Origin: Iphione sp. A-MEVVRFRX5
Lineage: Eukaryota
NCBI GenBank assembly: GCA_976226885.1
Contig: OZ320315.1
Span: 57,412,001-57,476,000 of the forward strand
Direction of reading: 5' to 3'
DNA: 64,000 nt
Shown: positions 1 through 12,290 of the stretch, piece after piece
Position numbering within the stretch: position 1 is the stretch's first letter
How the letters are laid out: every line of letters starts with the position of its first letter
Program-made: the position numbers and the translations under genes
The notes under the pieces: model-generated
Seen by the model: only the letters and a program-made list of their open reading frames with translations
What the model was told of the DNA's origin: nothing
The model's database searches: none

Positions 1-953
1 AAATCGGTCATTTTTGACTGGTTTCATTCAAGCCAGAGGGTTGATCTTTCTCGCCTTTCTTGCATTTTTTGCATAAAGAAAGATCATACTGTGAGCTACC
101 TATTGTTACTTTAACATTATGCAAAATGCATTGGATTACCCTGGAAAAGCAGTCACATGATCTATAACAATCTCAAAATTGAGCATGTTAATGTGTAAGT
201 TTGTAGACAAATTAATACAAGTATGTCTTAAAACTTCAAAAACATAAATTATCATTATATTATCACAATATTTCTGTGAGACACTAGAGGGATTATCAAT
301 ACAGCTTATCAGTTTTTTTTTCTATGAATCATTAATGGAAAGAATGCTAACTATATAACTCAGGATGTTCCATGACCTTCTATATTAAAGCATAAAATTA
401 TATACTGGTATGTAATAATTACATATTTTGTAGTTATAACATACAACCTTTGTGTAATTAAAACTGTCTTTTATCAGTTCTACCATGAAAATGATGAGGA
501 AATTTGTAGTTGGTTTTGTTAGGACTATTTTGATAGGACTCTTTTGTTAGTACTCTTTAACCAATTATGATTATGTCTATCCTCTAGATATCCCATGATG
601 CATCAAATTTGCACCAGTGATTTTGATGCATATAATGATGTGCTATTTCTACTCAACATGTATACTTACAGGTCATGACAAAATATGTTCCAGGAAACAC
701 ACAGAGACAAATTAGGTATCAGAGCTCTGGTCCAAATCACTTGCTGAACACTTTCTTCATTGGAAGAAGTTTCTTCTATGAGCAATATTTTTTTTCGTGT
801 TTGCCTCTAAGTAATGTAAACAAGGGTATATTATATGCAAATTTGTAAAATTGTATCTTGATTTCAGTCCTAGCTTGTTGCCATGGCAACCAAATATGTA
901 CAATGATACTGTTTTCAAAATAACATACAATCCAAGGGCTTTCATTTGATATG

Positions 954-1582
954 CAGTCGATACTTGAAAACCGAGCAATCACTGTCACAGGAAATTTCGT
1001 CTGGACTTTGGATATTTTGGATTTTGAATTATGGCCTTGTCATCAGGCAAAGTCATCCAAAAATTGGCAAAACTCAGGCAAAGTAATCCAAAAATTGGCA
1101 AAACTCAGGCAAAGTAATCCAAAAATCAGTGAAACTCAGGCAAATTCTCCCAAGATTCGGTAAAACTCAGCCAAATTTATCCGAAATTCAGCAAAGCTTT
1201 GCCAAATTTATCCAAAATTCGGTTGAAGGAAGTGGAGCGGCAGCAAACACCTGGAATAGGCATGAACCCTTCGATGGGTAGCTATCGCTTTGATACATAA
1301 TGAGCTAGTGGAAGGGAGTGGGACGGTGACTAAAACCTGCAGGAGTAGGCGGAAACTCTTCAATGGGTAGCTATCACTTTGATACATACTGAGCTGGTGG
1401 AAGGGCATGCGGTTTTTGAATATTTTTCAATGCATTTGTATGAAATAAGAGCATGCGGATCCAGAAATTGATTATTTTGGTTATTTGAGTACAATAATAG
1501 AAAAATACAGTTGGTTGCATTGAAATATGTTCGGATTTTGGAAAATTCGTTTTTTGAGTGTTCGGTTTTGGAGTATCCTCTG
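954..1582. mobile_element. Tc1/mariner-type non-autonomous element (MITE)
   Basis: Imperfect TIRs: CAGTCGATACTTGAAAACCGAGCA at 954 vs reverse complement of the right end CAGAGGATACTCCAAAACCGAACA. TA follows the right end; TG precedes the left end. Confidence 0.6.
1043..1222. repeat. ~31-bp tandem repeat (about 6 degenerating copies) inside the MITE
   Basis: Unit TCAGGCAAAGTAATCCAAAAATTGGCAAAAC repeated head-to-tail with progressive divergence. Confidence 0.85.
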
Positions 1583-1816
1583 TATATTACAAAGCATCTC
1601 CTGTATTAAACCTTGCTACTGCACGCTCGCATGCTAGTCACCTAATTGCCTGTTAATCAATGCCAAGAACTAAGTCCCATGGTATAAAAGTTGGTTTTAT
1701 GGGTCACCTTCAAACCAGCGTACTATGGAACTTATTGTCATGCACAACAACATCTGGTACCTGATATATTTTAAGGGAAATAACCTCCATTCTGTATTGT
1801 TATTCCAAATCATCAG

Positions 1817-1969
1817 AAACTATACCCGAGCTGGGTCGATGTGATTTTGAAAGAGGCCTGTGTGGTTGGAAGTACCCTAACAAAACCCTCACATTTACTC
1901 GTCACCGTGGTCAGACTCCGAATAAAGACACTGGTCCGTCCACCGATCACACCAAACACACGGAACGAG
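1817..1969 (+). CDS. MAM-domain exon (N-terminal CDFE..LCGW motif)
   Basis: catcag| acceptor and |gtaggc donor; 153 nt, phase 1 to 1; TIPELGRCDFERGLCGWKYPNKTLTFTRHRGQTPNKDTGPSTDHTKHTER. Confidence 0.9.
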
Positions 1970-4046
1970 GTAGGCCAACGATTTGAATCTCTACCTTATG
2001 GGAGCGTTGTTCTTATATGAACTTAATCACAGCAATGGGCGCGCGATGATTCTGCATTACACTAGATTCCATACTCTTCTGTTTATTGTTAAACGGAAGT
2101 GCTATTCTAGGCAAAATATCTCTTGATTTAAGCTGAACTTGTTTACAACCAACCTAAATACTCTCAATCCCCACGTTCCCCTCGAATGCGTTATGTTAGC
2201 ATGTATTGCACAAGGGATTTACAAAGTAAGTTAAAAATTAAAGCAAGAACGTTTCATTCTGACAATACTGCTGATCACATTGATATCGGCTTTTATTATA
2301 TAAATTATCTTCTAATACCCTATGTAATCATGCATGACACGAAAGATAGTATCCTAGCATTTGGCCATAACATTGTATTTTACGGGTATCTGACGCGGAC
2401 ATTTCTACCTTTTAGGACATTACTTATATACTGCCGCGCCCGAGTCTTCGACCTCGAAGCACTATTTCGACGAACACTACATTGAAACACCATTGTTGCC
2501 GCCACCTCCCGCTTCCACGTGGCACATAGACTCTCCGTTCTATCAATCCTGCAATGTAAGTAGGCAACAAGATTCTAAGCACTACACAATTAGGCCAAAA
2601 AATAGGTGTGTTTCTGGTTTCAATCAGCCAAAAACCTAGGTAGGGAGAGGGGCATCGTCTTTTTTTAGATTTTTCCCCACTTCTTTCCTCTGGTTTTCAA
2701 TAATAATAAAGATAATATGAAGAATTTTGACCAATTTACATGAGTTTCATAGTTCTTTACTGAATTTCCATGGATTTTTTTGTTTTTCTTCTAAATATAC
2801 CCAAAACATGCTGTGAAAAAATCTAAGGAAACTCAGCCTTAGAAACTCTTTGGGGCCAAAAGATTTTTCGATAGGGTGAGGTTTTACTAGGTAGGGGTGG
2901 TTGACCAGAAACACACCTATTTTTGGTGGGGGCTTTACCAGCTAGGCTAAACATAAAATGTTATCCACCATATTTTTTATTAAATGCCATTTAGCTGTAG
3001 AATGACTTACATGCTAACCTAGTTTTGAAACATCAGATTCTTACTTCAAAAAGATATGCAGGCATTGAAGTGTTATCGATTTCACGTAAATAATTTAAAA
3101 TGATGTTTTCCTTTGCGTATCTTCGTTCATTCGACCATTTTTGGTGACGGAGAAACAATATCCTGATTTACGTTTACCTGTAGGCCCAAAACTCATTAAT
3201 ATACTGACTGGTTTTCATTGTAGCTCCGCTTCTTCTATCACATGTGGGGCATACATATTATCTCCCTGAGCGTCTACATGATTCAGATGGGAAAGAACTG
3301 CCCCCATGATTGCGACAATATGTCGGCGCCAGGCTATCAAAAGTCGACGCTCTTCTCTATAGTCGTGCAGGGCCGCGGTGCCGACGAATGGCTGCGAAAG
3401 TCTCATCCTCTGCCGGAAATCAACCGCCAGTTAGTCACCTTTTCGAAGCAGTCGTGTATAGACACGACGATGTAGCAGCTTATTCATATTTCTCCGCGTT
3501 ACTCCAATGTTTTAAATTTACCAGGCCTACGTTTGAGCCCTACGTTAGTAATGTGCAGACACTGTGACTATATACATACATTCTGTAAAATACTAATGAT
3601 ATGTTCCACTTAGTTTGGATAGTTTCACCTCAGTCAATATATATCCATTGCCTTTCGTTTTGTTTTTCACTGTAGCTGGCTTACGTATTCTTGTGATAAA
3701 AGACATACGTGTTCTGACATGACGAATTTCCAATCATTTGCAGCTTCCGTTTGAGATTTTATGCGTTGCTTGGTCCAAGAAGGAAGACGAGTGACCTAGC
3801 TATAGATGATTTTTCACTTAGCCCTGAGTGCTTTGGACTTGGTAAGCATTTCGCTCTGTAAACTGCAACCAACAAATGTGTATAGTCTATTTTAAAGTGA
3901 ATTTTCGTCATGATGTTAGTTAATGAATCGTCGAATACTTGTTAATTTAAATCTCAGATTCTAAAAGCTCTTTCTCATTGGTGCAGGAATAGTCAACATG
4001 ACCGACAACGCAACGGAATATATCCTGGCGGCTTCGAAAGAGAGAG
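1817..4046 (+). CDS. ALK: Spliced host gene segment encoding an ALK/LTK-type MAM domain (exons 1817-1969, 2416-2555, 3224-3429, 3744-3841, 3987-4046)
   Basis: Five AG/GT-bounded exons with compatible phases (1-1, 1-0, 0-2, 2-1, 1-1) splice to ...LGRCDFERGLCGWKY...TGPSTDHTKHTERGHYLY...LLPPPPASTWHIDSPFYQSCNLRFFYHMWGIHIISLSVY...FRLRFYALLGPRRKTSDLAIDDFSLSPECFGLGIVNMT. The MAM call is secure. The PPPP..SP.Y.SC.RFFYH and DDFSLSPECFG segments resemble (from memory) the second MAM of invertebrate Alk. No kinase exons were seen, so the symbol is tentative. Confidence 0.6.
2416..2555 (+). CDS. MAM-domain exon
   Basis: ttttag| acceptor and |gtaagt donor; 140 nt, phase 1 to 0; GHYLYTAAPESSTSKHYFDEHYIETPLLPPPPASTWHIDSPFYQSCN. 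Confidence 0.9.
2593..2934. mobile_element. PIF/Harbinger-like MITE, family A copy 1
   Basis: TIR GGCCAAAAAATAGGTGTGTTTCTGGT ... ACCAGAAACACACCTATTTTT; TTA on both flanks; similar along its length to 6464-6807 and 42125-42464. Confidence 0.8.
3224..3429 (+). CDS. MAM-domain exon
   Basis: ttgtag| acceptor and |gttagt donor; 206 nt, phase 0 to 2; LRFFYHMWGIHIISLSVY...GRGADEWLRK. Confidence 0.85.
3744..3841 (+). CDS. MAM-domain exon (C-terminal D.AIDD motif)
   Basis: ttgcag| acceptor and |gtaagc donor; 98 nt, phase 2 to 1; FRLRFYALLGPRRKTSDLAIDDFSLSPECFGL. Confidence 0.9.
3987..4046 (+). CDS. Post-MAM linker exon
   Basis: gtgcag| acceptor and |gttagt donor; 60 nt, phase 1 to 1; GIVNMTDNATEYILAASKER. 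Confidence 0.7.
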
Positions 4047-4608
4047 GTTAGTCTTTCTTGTCACATAAATCAGTGTATATTTGTCTTTTTACAAATCTAA
4101 GATCACCGCTGAAAAAGAGGTCTGACAAGTGTCTCGTCATGGCAGCAGACCAGCGTGCAAAAGTCGTATGTCCTTCGGTAACCTGTCCGTAAAGTCAATT
4201 TGTGTCCCATAATTAAAGGCGGTCGGAACGAGCGAATTGCTGAAAGTTATACTCCTGCGAAGCTAACATGGTTATCAGGTTTCCAAAAGTTTTACTGACA
4301 AAGACATGATGGAACATCTACTAACAAAACTACAGACCACGTGGACACATGGCCTGAAGCATGAATAAGATGTCGTACCTCATCAGGAACAATATTTTCA
4401 TCCTAGAGTAATTAATTACTTTAGCCTTAGAATGACCCTGTTTTCATAAGCAAAACCTTCCTGAAATTCGTGTCCCTTCAATTATCGAGCAATAAATGTT
4501 AACATTTCCTTTTGGCACATAAACTTTCAGTTAATTTGAAGGTTAGGGTAATTAAACCCTTCAGGTGAGATTCTCCACGAAAGAGGACACCATACCTGTT
4601 CTTCCCAG

Positions 4609-4666
4609 AAAACGACGCCCGCTCTGTGAATAAGCATATCCACAGAATCGCGAACTGTACAGCGTA
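4609..4666 (+). CDS. Candidate next exon (possible start of an ALK TNF-like/glycine-rich region)
   Basis: ttcccag| acceptor and |gtgagt donor; phase 1 to 2, compatible with the previous exon; ENDARSVNKHIHRIANCTA is only weakly reminiscent of the ALK FTTCGA motif. Confidence 0.45.
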
Positions 4667-6463
4667 GTGAGTTGTTAATTCACACAGAGCAAGCAAGCCA
4701 AAGACGCCTCTTGTTAAAGGGAGGTTACAAAATGCATTTTACCTGTTGTATCCCATCAGCATTTCCCGGGGGTAAGTGGAGTATCTTATCCACATGATAA
4801 CTTTACGTCCCGCGTGACCCCAATACACACGGTATTTCACTGGCAACGTTGAGTTGTAAAAAATGGAAACAGTTACATAGGGGAGTTAATTCGAAAAATT
4901 CGTACTTTCTTTTTCTCAATGACAACATAACAGATTCGCTTTGATGAACCATTGACACATGCTAGAGTAATAACAAGAAATACCTTTCAAAAGGACTAGA
5001 TGAAAGGATTACCAGTATGGTATGAACATGACGACATGACCAGTGATATCGAGGTAGATGTCTGAAATCAGCTTTTGACAATATCTAATAAGACCTATAA
5101 AGCTTAGATGGATTTGATGAAATATCTCTATTGTCACCCAGACAACCTTATCTCCTGCTGTCATTATTTTTTTCTACAAACAATGGATTTGATAACATTG
5201 ATGATTAAAGACTGAACCTGACGATATATGGGAAGCCAAATGTATTTTCATCATCCAAATGCATCGTTGTTCATCCAATCTTTCATGTATCCTCTCATTC
5301 GGGTTATTTTTTATTTCAAAGAAAGAAACTTTAAAAGGATTTTTTTTTCATGTATGTCCAAAATCTGCACTTTAATCTGTTTATTGTTCATTGAGTTCAA
5401 ACCGAAAAAAATGTCCATGAAGAGAAATTGTTAACTCATTGAAAGAATTCGATGCAAACCAAATACAATTGACACGGTTTAACTAGATTAGCAATTGAAC
5501 AGTGAACGCTCGAAAAACCTAAAACATGATATTGTCAGAACATTGATTCCCAGGGTTTTCCTATCTATCCACACAAATTTAAATGTGCGCCATTGATCAC
5601 ACGTTATTTAACTTTTGGGTTTTCAAACAGATTCAGGATAGGCAATATTGTGCAATCAGTAACGAATGTTTTTGCAGAGGCTTTATTTGAACGTACCCTT
5701 GTCTTAATTCATTTTATAGATAGTATGCAATTCATTTTGTAGGGTTGTATTGAAATCCAACAGAGGCCCTTTCACCAATTTAACTCCTATGTTTGGTAGT
5801 GTTATATCATATCGATAGAGGTAGCCAATGTGTTACCCATTACATAAGATTAGCCTCTCACTGGTTTATTTGTATATCCTGAATTAATCAGTCTACTCTC
5901 TGCACTGGAACTATACGGGCTTCTTCACTGATCCTCCATGTTACTCCATATCAGTAGTCTTTAGTTTTTTTTACAGTGGCATGCGGGAGTTTCTATCGAA
6001 GTCGTTAGAAAAAAAAAACTTTATCTGGTTTCCACAGAATTGATGCTTTACTTTTCCACTGAAAACTTCATTATCCAAATGTGACGGACAAACTACCCAG
6101 AGGAAACAGGAAACCTGCATAAGAAATGAGCTGTATTGGGATTGCCCCCCTCGACAAAGGATGGTGTCCTATGCTTAATCAGAAATCATTTTGATCACAT
6201 TCCTGCGAAGCGACCTGTAGTATTATAGTCCTCAGATGAGAATTTGTCAAACGTAAATTTATCTAGAAAATCAACGAAATTCCCCCCATTTGTATGTTTG
6301 CTTCGGGGATCAAAGTCCATTTTGACATACCTGCCTTCCCAAAGGTTTGACCATCAGTTAGAAGGGCACATCATTCTTTATTTAACCTAGGCGCATGGTA
6401 GCCGTATGAAGCTCCACACTCATCTGTGATGGCTGCAAATTATCCCCCTATGTCAAGTCTATC

Positions 6464-6807
6464 GCCAAAGGAAAATAGGTGTGTTTCTGGTAACGACCAG
6501 CCAAAAAACTAGGGAGGGGAGTCATCTTTTTTTAAAAATTTTTCGCACTGTTTTCCTCTGGTTTTCAATAATGATAAAGATAATATGAAGAATTTGGATC
6601 AATTTGCATAAGTTTTACAGTTCTTTGCTGAGTTTCCATGGATTTTGTTGTTTTTCTACTGTATTTAACAAAAACATGTGTTGTGAAAACACATAATCAT
6701 GTAACCTTGGGAACTGTTTGGGGTCACAATTTTTTTAGGTTGTATCAGGTTATACTAGGTAGGGATGGGTGGCCAGAAACACGCCTATTTTTTTGAGGGG
6801 GGGGGCT
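6464..6807. mobile_element. PIF/Harbinger-like MITE, family A copy 2
   Basis: Same TIR core (AATAGGTGTGTTTCTGGT ... CCAGAAACACGCCTATTTTT) and internal sequence as copy 1; termini eroded. Confidence 0.75.
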
Positions 6808-7065
6808 AACAAAAATGCCAGAGTTAGAATTTTGCTTAGAAGGCAAGAAGAGAATATAATGATAACGATCAGGTAATGTAGTGCAAAAGAGGGTAGAGTA
6901 AGCAAGAGTGGATAGGCGAGTTCTTATTGTCATGTTTGAAACCATCAGAATGATTAACAGGATGGCATCCGGCTTCCGTTACAAAGCTAGGAGCACCTGT
7001 GGTCGATGTTCATTGGGCGGCCACATTTTAGGTGCACATCCAGGAGCTTATAATTATTTTACCAG

Positions 7066-7179
7066 TTTGACAGGCTAGCTTATCGGTGGGAACATCAAAT
7101 GTCGACAGTAGAGGGCCAAGAAAGCCTCTTGGATAAAACGGTTGCGGAAACCATCAGAGATGCCAAGAGTTCCTGCAAG
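7066..7179 (+). CDS. Candidate host exon, unknown product
   Basis: ttttaccag| acceptor and aag|gtaaac donor; 38 open codons FDRLAYRWEHQMSTVEGQESLLDKTVAETIRDAKSSCK; no homology recognised. Confidence 0.4.
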
Positions 7180-8244
7180 GTAAACGATTGAGCAGGACTG
7201 GGTTAAGGGGATATCTATGGATGACAAAACGTTTTCCTTACCCAGCTCTTTCTAATCACCCATATCTAAATAATGCCTTTGGACTACTGCCTCTAGAGAT
7301 ATTTATTCTTTTGTTATCTGACCGGCTAGTCTCCTACTTCTAACAACATATTCATTAGATTATAATTTCCATGGAAACCCGTTAGATGACCTGATAGGAT
7401 TTCGCTTATTTCCATCTTGCCACTTTGGCTCGGTGATGCTATCAGTAATCAATCTCAATCTGACTTCTCACAAAGCAGTTTTTTGTTTTGAATCTTACTT
7501 GAAAATTTTAATTTAACGTTTCTGGTAACATATAGCTTTTAAACTATTTTAATTTCTATAACTCATAAGTGAAGCAATGGTCCAAATTACCCTATGAAGG
7601 TAGGTTTATATATAGGCTGGTTCCTTATGGCAATTAGCAGCATAATTTTGCAGACAATGAGTATCAGAATTAGGTCACCGTTTTTACGTTTTCCTATATG
7701 CATTGTAAAAATCCCAGACATATCCCATAATATTTTAGGTTAAACTAAAAGGTTGGGATTTTGTCAGTGATATCCCCGTGGTAACCTGTAAGTATTCTGC
7801 ACTCCTACATTAATGATGCTAGTGATGGCAAACATAGGCTATTGTAGCATGAAACATGTGACCTTAAAGATAATGATGCCTTTTATATATCAGAACAATC
7901 CTGGTAGAAAAGCACAGCAAAAGACTTCCTCAAAACTTCTTTACTTTAACCTCTCTCTAAAAATAATTCTTATTGTTGTTTTTTAACAATTAGGAAATCT
8001 ACGCAATGTATCTTGTCCCTGAATAACTTCCCATGTTTAACTTCATACTGTTACCAACCCAGCCAACACAGAAACGTTATTAAAACGTTCTAAAAACGCT
8101 GTGGAAAAACATTCTTAAAACATTTTAGATGAAAGTTTTTATAATGTCCTCCTAACCAGACTAGAAAATGGTTTTAGAACGTTATTTAAAAACATTCAAA
8201 AAACATTTTTTAAAAATGTTTTTAGCACATTTTGGAAAAACATG

Positions 8245-8328
8245 TGAGAGGTCTGGGCAGGATTTGAACCTGTCACCATGCACCTTCCATGTTAAGGCTG
8301 ACACTCCTATCCACTGTGCCACAGAGGC
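8245..8328 (-). mobile_element. tRNA-derived SINE head captured inside the MITE
   Basis: Minus strand has an A-box TGGCACAGTGG and a B-box GGTTCAAATCC at tRNA-like spacing; no intact cloverleaf. Confidence 0.6.
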
Positions 8329-8330
8329 TT

Positions 8331-8582
8331 CACATTGTCAGGTCCTTCCCCAGCCGTGCCCCTCCTCCTGCACCTCCTAGAAACCCTGACACCTTGTCTG
8401 GTACTTCCTGGCCTTGCCCGTCCTCCTGCTGCTCCTAGAAGCCCATACACCTCGGCAGGTGCTCCACCTACCTTGGCCGTCCTCCTGTCACTCTCAGAGA
8501 TCCCTCACACCTTGTCAGGTGCTCCTCCAGCCTTTGTCATCCTCCTGTTGCACTCAAAGGTCCCTCACACCCCTTCAGGTTA
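8331..8582. repeat. ~59-bp tandem repeat, 4 copies plus a partial
   Basis: Unit CACACCTTGTCAGGTGCTCCTCCAGCC...CCTCCTG... restarts near 8331, 8388, 8448, 8506 and 8566. Confidence 0.75.
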
Positions 8583-8833
8583 GGAGAAAACATTTGTAAA
8601 ACGTTCGAAAATAGTTGCAAACGTTATAACCAAATAAAAACATTATAAAACATTTTTAGAACGTTGTGTGCTGGCAGGGAAGTTTACACATGAGAAAAGG
8701 GAAGCTATTAGAAATAGTCCATGGGCCAGACCACAAATTAGATCTCTGCCTTAGGTTAGCTTTGATACATATTTAGTCATTCCTTTGGTCATTCCTATTT
8801 ACAGAGGTATTTAAATTACACTAACTAAACTAA

Positions 8834-9438
8834 GGCCCAGTTTCCATACTTGTGTTGACATGTGTTGTCATGTGGGAGAGGTGTGCATGCATTTCCAGCA
8901 CATTTGTGTGCATTTTTGATTTCACACACTGTGATGCACAGGGTGTCCTTGTTCACTGTGCAGTAGAGTGTGGGAAACAACGGAAAATATTAAGAACAAG
9001 TACAGAAATAATGCTAAAAGCTGCCAAAATTGGGGAAAATGATGAAAAAGGACAAATATGATGCTAAAAGCTGCCAAAATCAGCAAAAATGATGGGAAAA
9101 TGATGAAAAAGTACAGATATGATGATAAAAGCTGCCAAACTGGCGAAAATGATGGGAAATAGTGCGGAAAAGGACTGATGTGTATGGCCATATGTAGACA
9201 TGCCAATAAATCATGTTGAAAGTGAAGAAATGTGAAGAAAAATGAAGAAATAGCAGTGGGTTTGTGTGCATTTGCGGCAAAATTACAGAAATGGGCAACA
9301 CATGGAAATGCATGCAAATGGACATGGACATCGCTGCATGTATGAAAACCATCTCACTGTTTTCTTATATACTGTTAATAACACATGGAAATGCATGGAA
9401 ATGCTCACAGACATTACCACATGTATGGAAACCAGGCC
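8834..9438. mobile_element. PIF/Harbinger-like MITE, family B, with internal ~30-bp repeats
   Basis: TIR GGCCCAGTTTCCATAC / GTATGGAAACCAGGCC; flanks TAA and TAG; internal ATGATGCTAAAAGCTGCCAAAA repeats at about 9005-9150. Confidence 0.7.
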
Positions 9439-9689
9439 TAGTTAGCCACTTTATGATACCTATATACCTGATTTTTAACAGGGTTGAATTGCCCCTGGGA
9501 AGTTCGAACCATTCTGTTATTAGCGAGGAGCTTAAAACTGATTTACATGTAGGAGGCATAGGTCTTAAGTATTGGAACATGTTAGGTGTGTATAAAAAAT
9601 TGTGAATTAGGGACGGTTGCTGCTACTACTGACTGACAACGATTGATAATGAGCAGGGTATGGTTGCTGCTTGAAACAAGTTTGATTGT

Positions 9690-10130
9690 TATTAATGCCT
9701 AGTTGCTGCTTGATTAATGTATGTTTGATAATTATTGATGACTGTTGCTGCTTTTCAGATGACTGTTGATCTTGGTTACTTCGTTGCATTAAGATCTTTG
9801 ATACTTGATCAATCTTTGATGCTTAATTGATGCATCAGCGTTACTTAATCTATTATTTATGCTCAATCAGTTGATACTTAATGATTAATGACACTTGATT
9901 AATGTTCGATTGATGACTGATTTTTTCTCGTTGGATGCTTGATTGATAATTATTGATGCTGAACTGATATTTGAGCAATACTCACCTAACAGATAATAAA
10001 TAGTTAAATAGATACTTGACTGGCATTATATGACTGTTGATGTTTGAATGATTGATGCTTGATGTTTTGTTGATGCTTAATCGATGTTTGATTGATACTT
10101 AATTGATGTTTGATTAATGAGTGATGTTTC
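9690..10130. repeat. Degenerate TTGATG/TTGATT low-complexity array
   Basis: Many short TTGAT(G/T/A) units with irregular spacing. Confidence 0.6.
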
Positions 10131-10326
10131 AATGTAGGAGGAGGTCTGACACTCGTAAAGGGTATGGATGGGGGTTTGTACCTCGCATGGGGTGTTGGAA
10201 GGGGGCCCAGGCTAATACGGTGTTTGCGAGGGGGTCTGACGCTTGTACAAGTGCCACCAGGTCAGTCCCTAGCACTGGTAGGGTGTGTGGGAGAAACAAT
10301 CAACAGGGCAGACTGTCGTAACAAAT

Positions 10327-10330
<4 letters not shown>

Positions 10331-10382
<52 letters not shown>
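10331..10382. repeat. (TC)n microsatellite
   Basis: Uninterrupted TC dinucleotide run. Confidence 0.98.
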
Positions 10383-10383
<1 letters not shown>

Positions 10384-10455
10384 ACTACACCTCCATCCCC
10401 GCATACTTAAAATTTGTCTTCTTATGACCGATATCGCATTCTGTTGTCATTTCAG

Positions 10456-10560
10456 ATGTGGAAAAAAATTGTTACCGCCTGGGAGACATTCTCAGAGACG
10501 TACGGAATCGGTTAACATCCGAAGACTTGTGCCTTTGGTCTGTGTCTGATCTTCTTCATG
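10456..10560 (+). CDS. Candidate host exon, unknown product
   Basis: catttcag| acceptor and catg|gtaaga donor; 105 nt, phase 1 to 1; the only frame open throughout: VEKNCYRLGDILRDVRNRLTSEDLCLWSVSDLLH. Confidence 0.45.
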
Positions 10561-12290
10561 GTAAGATGATTCACATGCATCGTTTGTAAAATTAGTATAA
10601 GAATTAAATGGAAATCCAAACCTTCATGTGGTGCGTAGATATGGAAATGGAAGATAGCTGCTTGAAACAACAGTCCCCAGCATTCTTTTCAAATTAAAAC
10701 CATACTTTGCAACCTAGTTATCTTCAACGTGCGCCTGATATGTTTTCTCATAAAGACAGGGAATTCAAGTTTGTACACTGTTGTACCATAGGAAGAAGTT
10801 TGTCGGTTGCAAATAAAACACCAAATCTATCAGTCATTGAAGTTTTAGAAGCCTGAGAAGGCAAGCAATCATTTCCTTAACAACACGCTTTGACCGATAT
10901 TCTAGAGTCTCGCCTGACAGTGGAACAAATGTACATGAGTAGTTTTCTCGTATGGAAATAATGCTACCCCAACAAATGTTGCTGTATCCTGGGTTATTTA
11001 ACGGGGTTTTCTAAGATGAGGTCCTACTGCTGTCAGTGCTATTTTAGAATGTAACTCTCAGAGAAGAGATATTAAGGAAGGAAAGAAAAAAAGGGAAAAA
11101 AACTTGGTGGGTCTGAAAGTCCACCAGTCTGTGAGTACCTCATTTGTATTTAGACAAGTCAACTAAGCATGACCGTCTAGACCCAGTAATTGAGTAACAA
11201 AGGGACAGAGGTAAAGCTTCATTGCAGCATACTTGTGAGCAGTTGTTACCGATTGCAGTGATAACAATAGGGCCTTACACCTCGTGAATCCCCCGGATTG
11301 TTATTTCTTGGCAGCGGAGAGCACTTCCTTTGTCTTCCTCCTGATAACGTGAGCAAAGTAGTGCGGTAGCTTTTGAACAGCTGTGAAAACGTGGCTTGCA
11401 TGCCAGAACAATGCCAACCCTCTGTATCCTTAGCCTTGGATAGGATAAGCCTTGGGCAAACCTTCAAAGTATCAGCGTTGGTTGATAGCCCCCCTCCCAC
11501 AATCCGATAGTTGTCTGAACATTATACATGTAGTGGTAAGCCTTAAAAACTACTTTTAAAGATATGTTGTGCGAATCATATCAGGCCAGCAAGGATGGCA
11601 GCAGTTGAGGCAATTCTGACATGTAACCCAGATAGCATGAGTAGGGAACGCAGAAACCTTACAGTCGCATTGATGACGGGCGCAAGACAATCTTATATGG
11701 TGGTCAACTTTCTGTGGGCGAGGTTCGAGCTATGGCCTACATAGAAGTGTGTGTGTGTGTCTGTCTGTGGAGATTAAAGTATATCTGTGGAAACTGTGTG
11801 GCTTTATGCAAATGATGTGCAAATTAGAAGTACTTCACATCATCTAACATGTTAGTTTTCAGTCTGGGCTTGAGAAAAACTGCCAGTCTCATGCTGCTAA
11901 TGTGTCCAGAGTCCAGAAACCTTTATGTACATTGCTTATTTTCGGACCATGGACATCTTAAGTGCACAGAGCACGGAGCATGAAGCCCAGCTCCTGATGC
12001 ATGGAAACAGCCCTATTCATTGTCAAAGGAGCATCGTTTTCCAGACCCATGCATGCATTGGTATGAAGAAAATAGCAGGACGCATGGAAAGGGAGCCTAA
12101 CACTTTCTTTTCTTTGGCAACATGCGCAACCTTCCCCTAGGAAATACCTTGTAACACCAAAGAGTACCCCACACCAGTAGGTTCGATCACAGCCTTTATT
12201 CGTCTTCACAGCATACAGCACAGCAGAGTTCAGCAAGTGGCAAATCTAATGAGACTGTGGGAGTGACTCTCTATATATACTCAAACCTTA

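Larger units (their letters stand above)
8058..8679. mobile_element. CMC/EnSpm-like non-autonomous element (CCC..GGG termini)
   Basis: TIR CCCAGCCAACACAGAAACGTT vs reverse complement of AACGTTGTGTGCTGGCAGGG; 2-bp AA on both flanks; AACGTT/AAACATT subterminal repeats. Confidence 0.65.

Noticed and set aside
1043-1222. Short tandem arrays here and at 25775-25870 and 40145-40275 as possible CRISPR arrays
   Set aside because: Head-to-tail repeats without unique spacers, no cas genes, and a eukaryotic context.
10133-10323. TG...CA segment as a solo LTR
   Set aside because: No matching TSD, no TATA/polyA pair and no second copy in the window.
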